A stretch of 64,000 nt of DNA from Candidatus Aceula meridiana (GTDB lineage: Bacteria > Omnitrophota > Gorgyraeia > Zapsychrales > Aceulaceae). The position numbers and the translations under genes are program-made. Position 1 is the first letter of the stretch. Each line of letters begins with the position of its first letter. The notes under the pieces are model-generated. The model ran no database searches. It saw only the letters and a list, made by a program, of their open reading frames with translations, and had not been told where the DNA came from. The DNA lies in contig JAVCDE010000026.1 of NCBI GenBank assembly GCA_030765185.1, positions 108,007 to 172,006 on the forward strand, given 5' to 3'. This document shows, piece after piece, positions 48,145 to 57,830 of this stretch.

Positions 48145-48913
48145 ATTTTCTTTCAGCTATTTTGAAGAAAGCAAAAGACATAATTAAAAAGATTGTTCCA
48201 GCAATAAGCATAGAAAGATATTCAGTGACGTTTATTGGTTTTCCTAAGAATAGACAGATTCTAAGATTCTTGATGATATATGCTAGAGGATTTAGAAAAG
48301 TAATTATTTTAAATCTTTCAGGAAGATTGTCGAGAGAATAAAGGATGGGGGTCGCAAAAAACCATAATCTTAATAAGGTAGCAATGGCTAAGCCGACGTC
48401 TCTATAATAAACATTAATGGAGCAAAGCAGCAGAGAGAAGGAAACGGTGAATAAGATTAAAAGTATGGTTAACGGGACACAGAATAGGGCTGTTAAGGGT
48501 ATTGGAATTTTATAAAAGAATAAGATACCCGCAAATATAATTCCAGCAATTAAGAAATCAACGAAGGCGACAGCAATGCCCGACAGGGGAAGAAAAATTC
48601 TTGGAAATTTTATTTTTTTAATTAAATTATGGTGGTTTGTTAAGCTTGGAACTGAATAATTTAAAGAAGAAAGAAAGAAAGTCCACGGTAGAAGGCCTGA
48701 GTAAAAGAAGACCGGTCTTGGTAAGTTAGAAACATGAGTAGGGATGACATAAGTAAAAATAAATGTAAAAACCAACATAAAACTAAGAGGCTGAATGATC
48801 GCCCAGGCTATGCCGAAAACCGCCTGGTTATACCGAACCGAAAACTCTTTCCAGATAAAGATTAACAGTAAATCTTTACACCGTATAATGTCTTTTAGTT
48901 CGGCTAGAAGCAT
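48128..48913 (-). CDS. ABC-2 type permease, Wzm/TagG-like
   Basis: 261 aa, 6 predicted TM helices. Overlaps the ATPase gene start. Confidence 0.7.
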   Translation of the reverse strand: MLLAELKDIIRCKDLLLIFIWKEFSVRYNQAVFGIAWAIIQPLSFMLVFTFIFTYVIPTHVSNLPRPVFFYSGLLPWTFFLSSLNYSVPSLTNHHNLIKKIKFPRIFLPLSGIAVAFVDFLIAGIIFAGILFFYKIPIPLTALFCVPLTILLILFTVSFSLLLCSINVYYRDVGLAIATLLRLWFFATPILYSLDNLPERFKIITFLNPLAYIIKNLRICLFLGKPINVTEYLSMLIAGTIFLIMSFAFFKIAERKFADVI

Positions 48914-49102
48914 AATATAAAGGATGGGATCGGCATATTTTTAAGCACAAATATTTTTAATGTTAGTTTTTTAAGCCCAAATATTATTATATAATGAATA
49001 ATACCATAAAAGATTTTTTTAATAAAAATTAATTTCAGCTTCTTAGTTCTATGGTCTGTATTGCCTGAGCCCTAGAGAACAACCTTCGAGAAATAAATAA
49101 CA

Positions 49103-50572
49103 ATGAGAAATAAGCTTATTTTGCTAACAGCTATTTTACTCCTTGGCCTTTGTCTTCGGCTTCATGATTTAGGCCAAGAAAGCTTATGGAATGACGAAGG
49201 ATATTCGGTTAGGGTAAGTCACCTTAGCTTGTCTAAAATTGTCCAGAAAACTTCCCTTGATGTTCACCCGCCTTTATATTACTTTATTCTGCATTACTGG
49301 ATGGAATGGCTTGGAGACTCAGAATGCTCGATGCGCTTGCTTTCCGTTATTTTTGGATTTTTATCTATATTTATGATTTATCAGATAGGGAGTTTCCTTT
49401 TTGATAGAGACGTAGGGCTTTTAGGGGCTTTGTTCGTTGCGCTTTCTAAATTTCATATCAACTATTCGCAAGAGACAAGAAGTTACAGCCTGTTAAGTTT
49501 TTTAACCTTAGCGTCAATGTATAGCTTTATAAAGCTTTTTAAGAAAGAAAGCAGGGGCATCACTTCTCTTGCTTATATTTTTTTCAGCACTTTTTTAATA
49601 TACACGCATGTGTATGGACTATTTATCATTATTGCGCAGAATATTTATTTTATGATTCTGTATTCATTTCTTAAAGAAAGAGATAGTTTAAATTTTAAGA
49701 AATGGTTTTTTCTGCAGCTAACACTTTTTTTCTTTTTTATTCCATGGGTTAAGGTTTTTATCGGACAAGCGCTTAAGATACAGGAGCATTATTGGATACC
49801 TGAACCTACCATTGCGAAGGTTTTTGAGTTTCTAGCTGTTATCCCCGGTTCGAATCTCTTGCTTCTTTTATTCTCGGTATTGATATTTTTTGCCATAGTA
49901 AAATTTAAGAATCAGGGGAGCTGCTTTAACTTTGGGAATTTCTTACGGTCTGCCAGAATTCCCGGCTGGAAGGTGGACCCGGAAACTTTTAAAAAGAATT
50001 TTTTTCTTCTTATATGGCTTCTAATGCCGATAATTCTGCCGTTTATTATTTCGAAGGTTTCAACTCCTATTTTTTATCATCGGTATTTTATTGTGTGTTC
50101 ATCAGTTTTTTTCTTATTAGCAGCCAAAGGAGCAATCAATATAAAGCAATATAGCAAATATGTTAGTTTTGTATTTATTATTGTTGTTGCATTTCTTTCT
50201 TTGTTAGAAGTTAACAGATATTACGATGGGGTTACAAAAAGTCAATGGAGAGAAGCAGCGCATTATATTGGATCAAAAGCAAAAACTCAGGATTTATTAT
50301 TATTTAACTCAAGGTGGCAATTTGCTTTTTTTTATTATTCGCAAAGAGGCGATGTTGGTGGGAAATTTTTCCCTGGGAAGACTCATAATGTTAATGCAAA
50401 TAACACAAAGAATTTTGAGTCCATGATCAAGATTTATGATAGAATTTGGTTTTTGCATAGGGAACATCATCATCCTAAAGAGTTGATTTTTAGAGAACTC
50501 GACAAGGATCACCGCTTAATTAATTATAAGGAATATAATGGCGTAAAGATATTTCTATTTCAAAAGAATTAA
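49103..50572 (+). CDS. PMT/ArnT-family GT-C glycosyltransferase, paralog of 43481-44977
   Basis: The N-terminal 150 aa are nearly colinear with the 43481 gene (LSLSKIVQKTSLDVHPPLYYFILHYWMEWLGDSE is near-identical). Confidence 0.65.
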   Translation: MRNKLILLTAILLLGLCLRLHDLGQESLWNDEGYSVRVSHLSLSKIVQKTSLDVHPPLYYFILHYWMEWLGDSECSMRLLSVIFGFLSIFMIYQIGSFLFDRDVGLLGALFVALSKFHINYSQETRSYSLLSFLTLASMYSFIKLFKKESRGITSLAYIFFSTFLIYTHVYGLFIIIAQNIYFMILYSFLKERDSLNFKKWFFLQLTLFFFFIPWVKVFIGQALKIQEHYWIPEPTIAKVFEFLAVIPGSNLLLLLFSVLIFFAIVKFKNQGSCFNFGNFLRSARIPGWKVDPETFKKNFFLLIWLLMPIILPFIISKVSTPIFYHRYFIVCSSVFFLLAAKGAINIKQYSKYVSFVFIIVVAFLSLLEVNRYYDGVTKSQWREAAHYIGSKAKTQDLLLFNSRWQFAFFYYSQRGDVGGKFFPGKTHNVNANNTKNFESMIKIYDRIWFLHREHHHPKELIFRELDKDHRLINYKEYNGVKIFLFQKN

Positions 50573-51113
50573 TTTTTTAAGCTACCGGATTAGCTTTCGA
50601 AAGATAATTTTAAAATAGTATTGATACCTTCAAATTAAATTTTCAGAAATTAAAATTAACCGTAGGAGTTGTTTGGGCTTTTTAATGTTTTTTGATTTTG
50701 GTTTTGCATTTTTAGCCCTTTTCAGGGGGAAATTTATTAGATGATTTTTTGAATGAAAATCAGTCTGTTTGTTCGGTTGTTCAGTCCTGTGTTTGTCAGG
50801 CTACGGTTACTAATGGTGATTGGAAGTTTATTTTTGATATTGGAGATTGGGAATATTTTTTTTATAATTTAAAAAATGATTCCGGGGGAGAGGATAAGTT
50901 AAAGAAATTCTCAGCCTCGAATATTTAAGGACTTGTCATTTTAGTTAAAATTTTGGAGATTAGAACAGGTTGACTATTACAGAAATTCGCAGAGATACCT
51001 AAATTTTTATCTCCTATTCTTTTGAAATTAACATACCTGAATATAAATATTGCAAAAAGACTTTGAAAGAGTACGATAGGGGTTTAAAATATTCATATTA
51101 AGGAGTTTGTGTT

Positions 51114-52499
51114 TTGCGTAAGAAATTTTTCTGGCTTATTATTCTTTCTCTCGCCGCCGGTGCGTTAGGCATCCCGATTGGCCTTTCGATGCAGCAGTCT
51201 TTCATTGTGGCTGTTTTTGCTATGAGTATTATTGGGACACTTTTCTTTTGGGATTTTCGTCTTAGCTTTGTGTTTATCGGAAGCGGTGTGCTGCTTTTGA
51301 TGAATGCGGTTAGTCTCGAAGATTTTATTAGCTTTGCCTCTCTTGACGTTATCTTGTTTTTGATTTCCATGATGATTATAGTCGGCATGATGAAAGAAGC
51401 TGGATTCTTTATGTGGCTTGTGACGCTGGTTTTGCGCATCAAGAATTTAAATGGCGCTAAGCTTTATATTATCACCATGCTTACTTCGGCCCTTTTATCA
51501 GGTTTGATGGGGGAGGTGGCTTCCATAATTGTTATGGCAACTGTCATTTTGGATATTTGCGACTTTTTAGAGGTTGATCCTGTTCCTTTAGTTATTTCCT
51601 CTATTATTGCGACTAATATTGGTTCGGCGGCAACAGTTTTAGGAAATCCTGTTGGTGTTTTGATTGCGGCTCGGGGTGGGTTGTCTTTTGAAGATTTTCT
51701 CGCGCATGCTATGCCGATTTCAGGGGTGGTTCTTGTTGTTGCGATTAGTTTGATTTTGCTTCTTTATAAGAAGAACATTAATGATGTTTGCGGTAAGCTT
51801 AAAGATTATCAAGAAGATAAAAGCTTTTTGTATCTAATTTCTATTCCTCCGAACAGAAGAACAAAAATTAGCATTGGGATTTTTTTAACAACAATTATAT
51901 TCATTGCCCTTCATAAGCGCTTGGAGATACTTTTCGGGCTTGTGGATAATACACTTCTTATTGTCACTCCTGTTATTTCTGCGGGTATTGTTATGGTTTA
52001 TCGTCACGATAAGGCTCGCCACTATATCGAGCATGAAGTTGAGTGGCCGTCGATTTTGTTTTTTTTGTTTTTATTCGCTGAAGCTGGCGTTATTCAATCT
52101 ACGGGCATTGCTTCTTTGGTTGCTCAAAGAATGGTTGATACTATTGGCCCGTATCCACAAGTGTTGTCGGGCTTAATTTTAATGACAAGTGGTTTTCTTT
52201 CTTCGGGTGTAGATAATGTTGTGGCTGTTGCTTCTTATGTTCCGATTGTCCAGAGCCTAAGTGTTCTTCATGTTAATACAAAGGCGATTTGGTGGGCGCT
52301 TTTATTTGGCGCTTGCTATGGTGGGAACATTACTCTTATTGGATCGACCGCAAATATTGTGGCTTTGGGGCTTTTAGAGAAAGAAAGAAGCCTCAAAGTT
52401 AGTTTTTGGCAATGGTTTAAAATTGGTTTTGTCGTTGGAGTGATAACCATGTTTGTTGCCATGCTTGCTGTTGTGTTCATGCCTTATTTTTCTATTTAA
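51114..52499 (+). CDS. ArsB/NhaD-superfamily permease
   Basis: TTG start following AAGGAG. 461 aa with two internally repeated hydrophobic halves. Confidence 0.55.
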   Translation: MRKKFFWLIILSLAAGALGIPIGLSMQQSFIVAVFAMSIIGTLFFWDFRLSFVFIGSGVLLLMNAVSLEDFISFASLDVILFLISMMIIVGMMKEAGFFMWLVTLVLRIKNLNGAKLYIITMLTSALLSGLMGEVASIIVMATVILDICDFLEVDPVPLVISSIIATNIGSAATVLGNPVGVLIAARGGLSFEDFLAHAMPISGVVLVVAISLILLLYKKNINDVCGKLKDYQEDKSFLYLISIPPNRRTKISIGIFLTTIIFIALHKRLEILFGLVDNTLLIVTPVISAGIVMVYRHDKARHYIEHEVEWPSILFFLFLFAEAGVIQSTGIASLVAQRMVDTIGPYPQVLSGLILMTSGFLSSGVDNVVAVASYVPIVQSLSVLHVNTKAIWWALLFGACYGGNITLIGSTANIVALGLLEKERSLKVSFWQWFKIGFVVGVITMFVAMLAVVFMPYFSI

Positions 52500-52547
52500 T
52501 GGTTCGACTAGGCTCACCACTATCTTAATTTACAAAGATTTGTTTTT

Positions 52548-53050
52548 ATGGAAAAGTTTTTAGCCCTTCAGGCTGATATTACCCAATTAGATGTTGATGC
52601 GATTGTTAATGCGGCTAACTGTTCGCTTCTAGGAGGCGGAGGGGTCGACGGAGCGATTCATAAGGCCGCAGGTCCGAAGCTTTTAGACGAATGCAAAACA
52701 TTAGACGGCTGTAACACCGGTGATGCCAAAATAACTAAAGGGTATAGGCTGCCGGCTAAATATGTGATTCATGCGGTTGGGCCGGTTTGGGCTGGAGGGA
52801 AAAGGCAAGAGAAAGAACTTTTAGCCGCATGCTATACAGCAGGGCTCTAGAAATTGCAGCCGAAAAGGGTTTAAAATCTATTGCTTTTCCGTGCATTAGT
52901 GCAGGTGTTTATCAATTTCCGAAACAGCAGGCCGCTGAAATTGCTGTTTCAACCGTAAAAAAAAGCCTTGAACGATTCATAAAAATTGAGAAGGTTGTTT
53001 TTACATGCTTTTCCCAAAATGACCTTGAAATTTATCAATTTTTTCTATAG
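52548..53050 (+). pseudogene. macro-domain (YmdB-like O-acetyl-ADP-ribose deacetylase) gene with a frameshift near 52833-52838
   Basis: ORF1 ...[10 protein letters not shown]...[14 protein letters not shown]...LLAACY breaks, and it continues in another frame as [28 protein letters not shown]. Removing the dinucleotide 52833-52834 restores ...[11 protein letters not shown]... Confidence 0.6.
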
Positions 53051-53150
53051 GGGGCAGGGCCTATCTTTTAAATAATTCTTATTGCTTTTTTAAGCTTCTT
53101 AAATTATTATAAGTCATCTTCAAGATTAGTCTTTTTAAAGGAGGAATAGA

Positions 53151-53426
53151 ATGAAAATTACACAGGTTAGAGAGCTTTTAAAAGATAAACGCGTTATCGA
53201 AGAAATCCATAAGCATCTTTGGATTGAGAGCCAAAAAGCTGGTGACAGCATTGGCCTTGAGCGCGCAACAGATGAGTGGCTTAAGCTTTATTCTGAGGGT
53301 TGGTTGAAATATCATATGCCGGATAAATATGCGAAAGTTAAAGGCAAGGCAGCTGATAAATCTAAAAAGCCTAAAGATAAAGTTGTATCTAAAAGAAAAC
53401 GTACAGCCAAAGTCGCAAAAAAATAA
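53151..53426 (+). CDS. small protein with Lys-rich C-terminal tail
   Basis: SD GGAGGAATAG precedes the ATG. 91 aa, ending KVKGKAADKSKKPKDKVVSKRKRTAKVAKK. Confidence 0.4.
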   Translation: MKITQVRELLKDKRVIEEIHKHLWIESQKAGDSIGLERATDEWLKLYSEGWLKYHMPDKYAKVKGKAADKSKKPKDKVVSKRKRTAKVAKK

Positions 53427-53540
53427 ATTTGGCGGTTTAAAGTAAGAAAAAACAGTCCTTATGTTTTTAAACATAAAGACTGTTTTTTTATTTCAAGCTT
53501 TAAAGGAAGAAGAGTTCGGCAGACATGTGATTGTCATGCA

Positions 53541-53575
53541 AAAACCCCCAAGGGTTTCCTTGGGGGTTTTTGTTA
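53541..53575. terminator. bidirectional rho-independent terminator AAAACCCCCAAGG-gttt-CCTTGGGGGTTTT
   Basis: 13-bp perfect stem flanked by A and T runs, between convergent genes. Confidence 0.6.
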
Positions 53576-53586
53576 AATCTTGTTCT

Positions 53587-53700
53587 CAGCTTTAATTACT
53601 TTTTTTTCTTTTTTGCAACTTTTTTCTTTGCAACTTTTTTCTTTGCAACTTTTTTTGCAACTTTCTTTTTCTTTACAACCTTCTTTTTTGCTTTTTTCTT
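53587..53700 (-). CDS. 37-aa poly-Lys/Ala/Val mini-protein (MAVKKKAKKKVVKKKKVAKKVAKKKVAKKKVAKKKKK)
   Basis: Strong SD (AAAGGAGGA) sits 5 nt upstream of the minus-strand ATG at 53700. A terminator lies immediately 3'. Coding comes from 15-bp tandem repeats. Confidence 0.4.
53606..53670. repeat. tandem ~15-bp repeat (GCAACTTTTTTCTTT)n inside the mini-protein gene
   Basis: About four consecutive units visible. Confidence 0.7.
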
Positions 53701-53913
53701 TACTGCCATGGAAATCCTCCTTTCCGATTTTCTATATTTTTATATTATCATTTTTTTAACGATACAAAAATATTTTTTTACTTTTTTTTTAAAAAAAATA
53801 TTTTTTTAAAAAAGACTTCTATTGAGTTTTTTAAAATGCTCAAGTACAATAGAAATAAGAAGTTAAAATAAGAGTCAAGATTTCCGTCGAGAAGAGAGAG
53901 AAATAGAAGAATA

Positions 53914-55041
53914 ATGGAAAAAATAAAAACAAAAAGTAGTCTTGGCCTTTATGTCCACATTCCGTTTTGTTTGCGTAAATGTTTTTTTTGTTCGTTTGTT
54001 GTTTATATTGGGAAAAACAATCACAAAAAGAAATATTTAACGTGTTTGGAACAAGAATTAAAAGAATATTCTCAAAAAAGAATTAAAACAATTTATTTTG
54101 GCGGAGGAACGCCAACTTTTTTAAACGGTGACGAGCTGACACGACTTATCAAATCGGTTAAAGCAAATTTTTTAATTGAAGAAAATTGTGAATTTACTAT
54201 TGAGGCTAATCCAGACACGATTGATTTTCCTAAAGCGAGACTTTTAAAAGAATTAGGCGTAAACCGTGTTAGCATCGGTGCCCAAACTTTTTCTAATCGC
54301 TATTTAAAATTTTTAGGGCGAACACATCAAGCCAAGGATGTTGAAAAATGCTTTGCGGCTTTACGAAAGGCAGGGTTTGACAACATTACCTTAGATTTAA
54401 TGTATGGGTTTCCAGGCCAGACATTAGGTGAGCTTAAAGACGACATTAAAAAGATTATAAAGTTCAACAGTGAGCATCTATCTCTTTATACTTTAACTGT
54501 TGAGCCACGGAGTAAATTTAATATTCAAAATCTTAAGATGCCAAGCACCCAAAGGCTAGGAGCATTTTACACGCATATTACCCGAGCACTTGAAAAAAAA
54601 GGTTTTGCTCAATATGAAATTAGCAACTTTGCTAAACCTGGTAAACAGTCAGAGCATAATTGTATTTATTGGAAGTGCCAAGATTATATTGGGCTAGGAG
54701 CCGGAGCGCATTCTCATTTTGAGGGTACGCGTTTTTGGAACACTTCAAGCGTGCCTACTTATTTGCGACTGGCAGAGAAAGGGAAGCCAACTGTCGACGG
54801 AAAGGAAAAATTAAATAAAGATCGAAGGCTTTTAGAGGCACTATTATTTGGCCTTCGTATGAATGAGGGAGTTAGTCTTTGTATTCTCGAGAAGCAATTT
54901 AACGCAAAGTTTTCGAAACAGACAAAAGAGAAAATTTCACAGTTTTGTAAGGATGAATTTCTTATTCTTAAGAACTCTCACCTTAAAACCACACTTCAAG
55001 GAAGGCTTGTTTTAGACGAGCTTTCTGTCCGCTTGATATAA
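53914..55041 (+). CDS. hemW: radical-SAM HemW/HemN-like (oxygen-independent coproporphyrinogen-III oxidase-like) protein
   Basis: LYVHIPFCLRKCFFCSF is the CxxxCxxC radical-SAM motif of the HemN/HemW family. 375 aa. Confidence 0.8.
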   Translation: MEKIKTKSSLGLYVHIPFCLRKCFFCSFVVYIGKNNHKKKYLTCLEQELKEYSQKRIKTIYFGGGTPTFLNGDELTRLIKSVKANFLIEENCEFTIEANPDTIDFPKARLLKELGVNRVSIGAQTFSNRYLKFLGRTHQAKDVEKCFAALRKAGFDNITLDLMYGFPGQTLGELKDDIKKIIKFNSEHLSLYTLTVEPRSKFNIQNLKMPSTQRLGAFYTHITRALEKKGFAQYEISNFAKPGKQSEHNCIYWKCQDYIGLGAGAHSHFEGTRFWNTSSVPTYLRLAEKGKPTVDGKEKLNKDRRLLEALLFGLRMNEGVSLCILEKQFNAKFSKQTKEKISQFCKDEFLILKNSHLKTTLQGRLVLDELSVRLI

Positions 55042-55044
55042 ATA

Positions 55045-55566
55045 TTATTTTTTGGGAGGAGTTTTTTCTTTTGCTTTCTTCTCTTCGGGTTCTAGTGTAA
55101 AGACTGCTTCGCAATCATAGCAATAACGTTTTTTGATCCAGACATTTTTGCTTTTACGGTATTTTGCATAATTTTTGCGCATTTGGTCGATAATGAGAAG
55201 GAAAGTAGAATAAAACGGGTAAGCAATGGCAGCGATGATAATCAACGTGATGATAAAATAATTGCGGCCGCCAATTTTACTTAAGAACATGGCTCCGACA
55301 ACAAGCCATGACAAAAAGAAAGCCATTAAAGCAACAGTCAACGATGGAATAGAGAGCTTAGATTCTACCGGAGGTTTAAAAGCCTTTAAAAACTTTTCTT
55401 TTTTTTCGGGGGAGAATTCTCGCTTTTTTTGAAGGGCCGTTTCCGCCTCACCTACAAAAAGCCTATGACCTGCGTTTTCAGACTCTATACAGCGATAGAC
55501 ATAGGAAATTAATTCTGTATGGCTGCTATCACATTTGGGGCAATAGATCTTTTTATCAGGCTTCAT
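55045..55566 (-). CDS. membrane protein with N- and C-terminal zinc-ribbon-like Cys pairs
   Basis: CPKCDS ... two TM helices ... CYDCEA. Confidence 0.35.
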   Translation of the reverse strand: MKPDKKIYCPKCDSSHTELISYVYRCIESENAGHRLFVGEAETALQKKREFSPEKKEKFLKAFKPPVESKLSIPSLTVALMAFFLSWLVVGAMFLSKIGGRNYFIITLIIIAAIAYPFYSTFLLIIDQMRKNYAKYRKSKNVWIKKRYCYDCEAVFTLEPEEKKAKEKTPPKK

Positions 55567-56728
55567 TATAGTTTTTAAAGAAAATATGGTAAGAGTCAGC
55601 GATTTGCTTGCTCTGTTTGAACAAAATAGAAAGTGCTGACCAAATTTGTTTCTTAAATGCAGGCTTTAGGCTTAAGCCGTTTAAGATATTTTGTGATTCT
55701 TTAAGAATTTTTTGTATTTTGATAAGACTGTAGGCAAGGGAGCCGCTTTTTATAAATATTTTTTGTACATTAATGAGATCGGTATGTGTTTTCTTTGATT
55801 TTTTAAGAATTTTGACAAATGCCTGCTTTTTGCTTTTTGTTAATATTTTGTAAGCATGGCAAACAAGAATTGTTTTTTTGTCTTCGTCTAAGTCGCTAAG
55901 AATTGATTTTCCGATTTTCTTTTCTTTAGAGAATATTCCAATGATATCATCTTGAATTTGAAAGGCTTGACCCATGAGGGCACCTAGGCGTGAAAGTTTT
56001 TTGATATCCTTTTGAGGTGCATTGGCTAAAATGGCGCCAATGGTAAGAGGGCATTCAAAGGTGTAGCGTGCAGTTTTTAAGGCATAATTCAAAAAAACAT
56101 CTTTTTCCTTAATTTTGCGGATATCTTCAAAACCGTGGATAATATCGATAAATTCTCCCATAGCGGTAAAGCCGGCTGTCTGAATAAGATAGCGTAAGGC
56201 CTTTTCTTTACGATTGGGGTCTTCATCAATGGCAAGAAAAGCGTCAATGGATAAGGCATAGACGATGTCTCCGGCTACAATGGCAAGGTCCGTTCCGAGT
56301 TTTTCGTGTTGTTTTGTTTTGACAGTTTTAGCTAAGATTTTATGCAAAGTGGGCTTGCCACGGCGTAGATCAGAATTATCAATAATATCATCATGAATAA
56401 GCATAAAATTATGCAAAAGTTCCAGGCAGCCGCAAGAGGTATATAGTTTCGTATTTGATATTTTTTTACGTTTTGTATAGCCTTTGTAACTTAGAGCCAT
56501 CAAAAGCGGACGGATACGCTTTCCTTTGCGGGAGCAAAAATCCTTGATGCTTTTAAAAAGAATCGGATGGACCGAACGAAAGGGGTAAGTTTTTTTTCGT
56601 TTCTCTAAGAAAAGAATAAGGTGGCGATCAATTTGATTTTTGATTTGGTCAGTCATAAAGTTTAGGTTTCGTATTTTGTTTTTCAGGTTTTGAGAATATA
56701 TGGTATCATACACCTGAAATTGCTTCAA
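55556..56728 (-). CDS. polyprenyl diphosphate synthase (trans-IPPS) with N-terminal extension
   Basis: LIHDDIIDNSDLRRGKPT (first DDxxD) and a second Asp-rich motif further on (QIQDDIIG). Confidence 0.8.
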   Translation of the reverse strand: MKQFQVYDTIYSQNLKNKIRNLNFMTDQIKNQIDRHLILFLEKRKKTYPFRSVHPILFKSIKDFCSRKGKRIRPLLMALSYKGYTKRKKISNTKLYTSCGCLELLHNFMLIHDDIIDNSDLRRGKPTLHKILAKTVKTKQHEKLGTDLAIVAGDIVYALSIDAFLAIDEDPNRKEKALRYLIQTAGFTAMGEFIDIIHGFEDIRKIKEKDVFLNYALKTARYTFECPLTIGAILANAPQKDIKKLSRLGALMGQAFQIQDDIIGIFSKEKKIGKSILSDLDEDKKTILVCHAYKILTKSKKQAFVKILKKSKKTHTDLINVQKIFIKSGSLAYSLIKIQKILKESQNILNGLSLKPAFKKQIWSALSILFKQSKQIADSYHIFFKNYNEA

Positions 56729-56807
56729 CGTTAGATTTTGTTAGTGCGGAATTTAAAGATGAAAAGAAATTCTTTTAAAAGAAGATAAATAAATTGAGGA
56801 GGTTTTC

Positions 56808-57452
56808 ATGAGGACATTCTTTATATTTTTACTTTTATTAAACGTCCTTAATTCTTTGGCGTTTGCGGAAAAAATTCTTTTAAATAATGGACAAGTTGTC
56901 GATGGAAAAATTCTCGAGGAAAATGATAGGCAAATTAAAGTTGATGTCGACGGGATTCCGCTAACGTATTATCTTGATGAGGTTCAGGTTATCCGCGACA
57001 AGTCTGATATGCCAAGCAGCCTGTTGTCAGAAAATCAAGATGCTTCTGTTTTTTCTGACAGAGTTCAGGATAGGTCAGCTGAAGTGACAGGCGAAGACTT
57101 TTTATCAAAAGCACAAAAAAACCTAAGCCTTGCGGCTATGGATAAGCATCAGCTTTTGTTGCGTTATATGGAAGTTACAGGTGTAAGCGGAAGCATGCGC
57201 AAGGCCTTTGCAGAGGTTGTTCAGAACGCGCCGCAGGAAAAGAAGAAGAATCTGAGGAAAGTCCTTAAGGTTGAAGATGTTCTTAATGAATTGGTTCCGG
57301 TCTATGGGCAATATTTTAATGAGAAAGATTTAAAAGAGTTGATTATTTTTTATGAGAGCCCTTTAGGGCAAAAAATTCTTAAAACTTCTCCGCTTATTCT
57401 TAAGGAAACCACAGAAAAAAGCATGGAATATTTTAAGGGTAAAATTGATTAA
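56808..57452 (+). CDS. secreted DUF2059-like protein
   Basis: Signal peptide. The C-terminal FYESPLGQKILK motif is recalled for DUF2059. Confidence 0.45.
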   Translation: MRTFFIFLLLLNVLNSLAFAEKILLNNGQVVDGKILEENDRQIKVDVDGIPLTYYLDEVQVIRDKSDMPSSLLSENQDASVFSDRVQDRSAEVTGEDFLSKAQKNLSLAAMDKHQLLLRYMEVTGVSGSMRKAFAEVVQNAPQEKKKNLRKVLKVEDVLNELVPVYGQYFNEKDLKELIIFYESPLGQKILKTSPLILKETTEKSMEYFKGKID

Positions 57453-57801
57453 GAAAACTAATAAAACGCAAGAATTTCTTCAGAGCCTAAACCCTTTTTC
57501 TAATAATAAGTTGTGGAGATTCAAAGAATAAGGATAGTGTTTGTGATATCAAGTATTTTCGATTTCCTCCGAGAGACATTAAGCCTGAGTGACATCCCGC
57601 CCAGTTTGCTATATTTTTGGGCGGACTGTTAACGGGATAAAACTTTTCTTTCTAAAACAATACGGAAAACTACTTATTTCTGTTGAAAAAACTTCTTTTT
57701 AAGTCATCGAGATAATCATTAGAAAGTGTTATATCTTATTGTAAAATATATACTTATGAATATTAATCTATAAAAATGAAGATATTTATTATTCTTTTTA
57801 T

Positions 57802-57830
57802 TTGACCTTAGATATCTTTTTTGATATATT
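57802..57830 (+). promoter_or_regulatory. candidate sigma70 promoter TTGACC-N17-TATATT upstream of purB
   Basis: Consensus-like -35 and -10 elements about 65 nt upstream of the 57896 ATG. Confidence 0.35.

Noticed and set aside
50754-50882. 42-codon hydrophobic small ORF (MKISLFVRLFSPVFV...) in the 540-bp gap before the ArsB/NhaD gene
   Set aside because: It has no convincing RBS and a T-rich composition, so it is likely chance. The long non-coding gap itself may hold regulatory sequence, but nothing specific was recognisable.
53531-53809. 92-aa + strand ORF rich in poly-Phe (FFFFFATFFFATFFF)
   Set aside because: It is the antisense of a (AAG/AAA)n Lys-coding repeat. There is no SD, and the minus-strand reading has a strong SD and a terminator.
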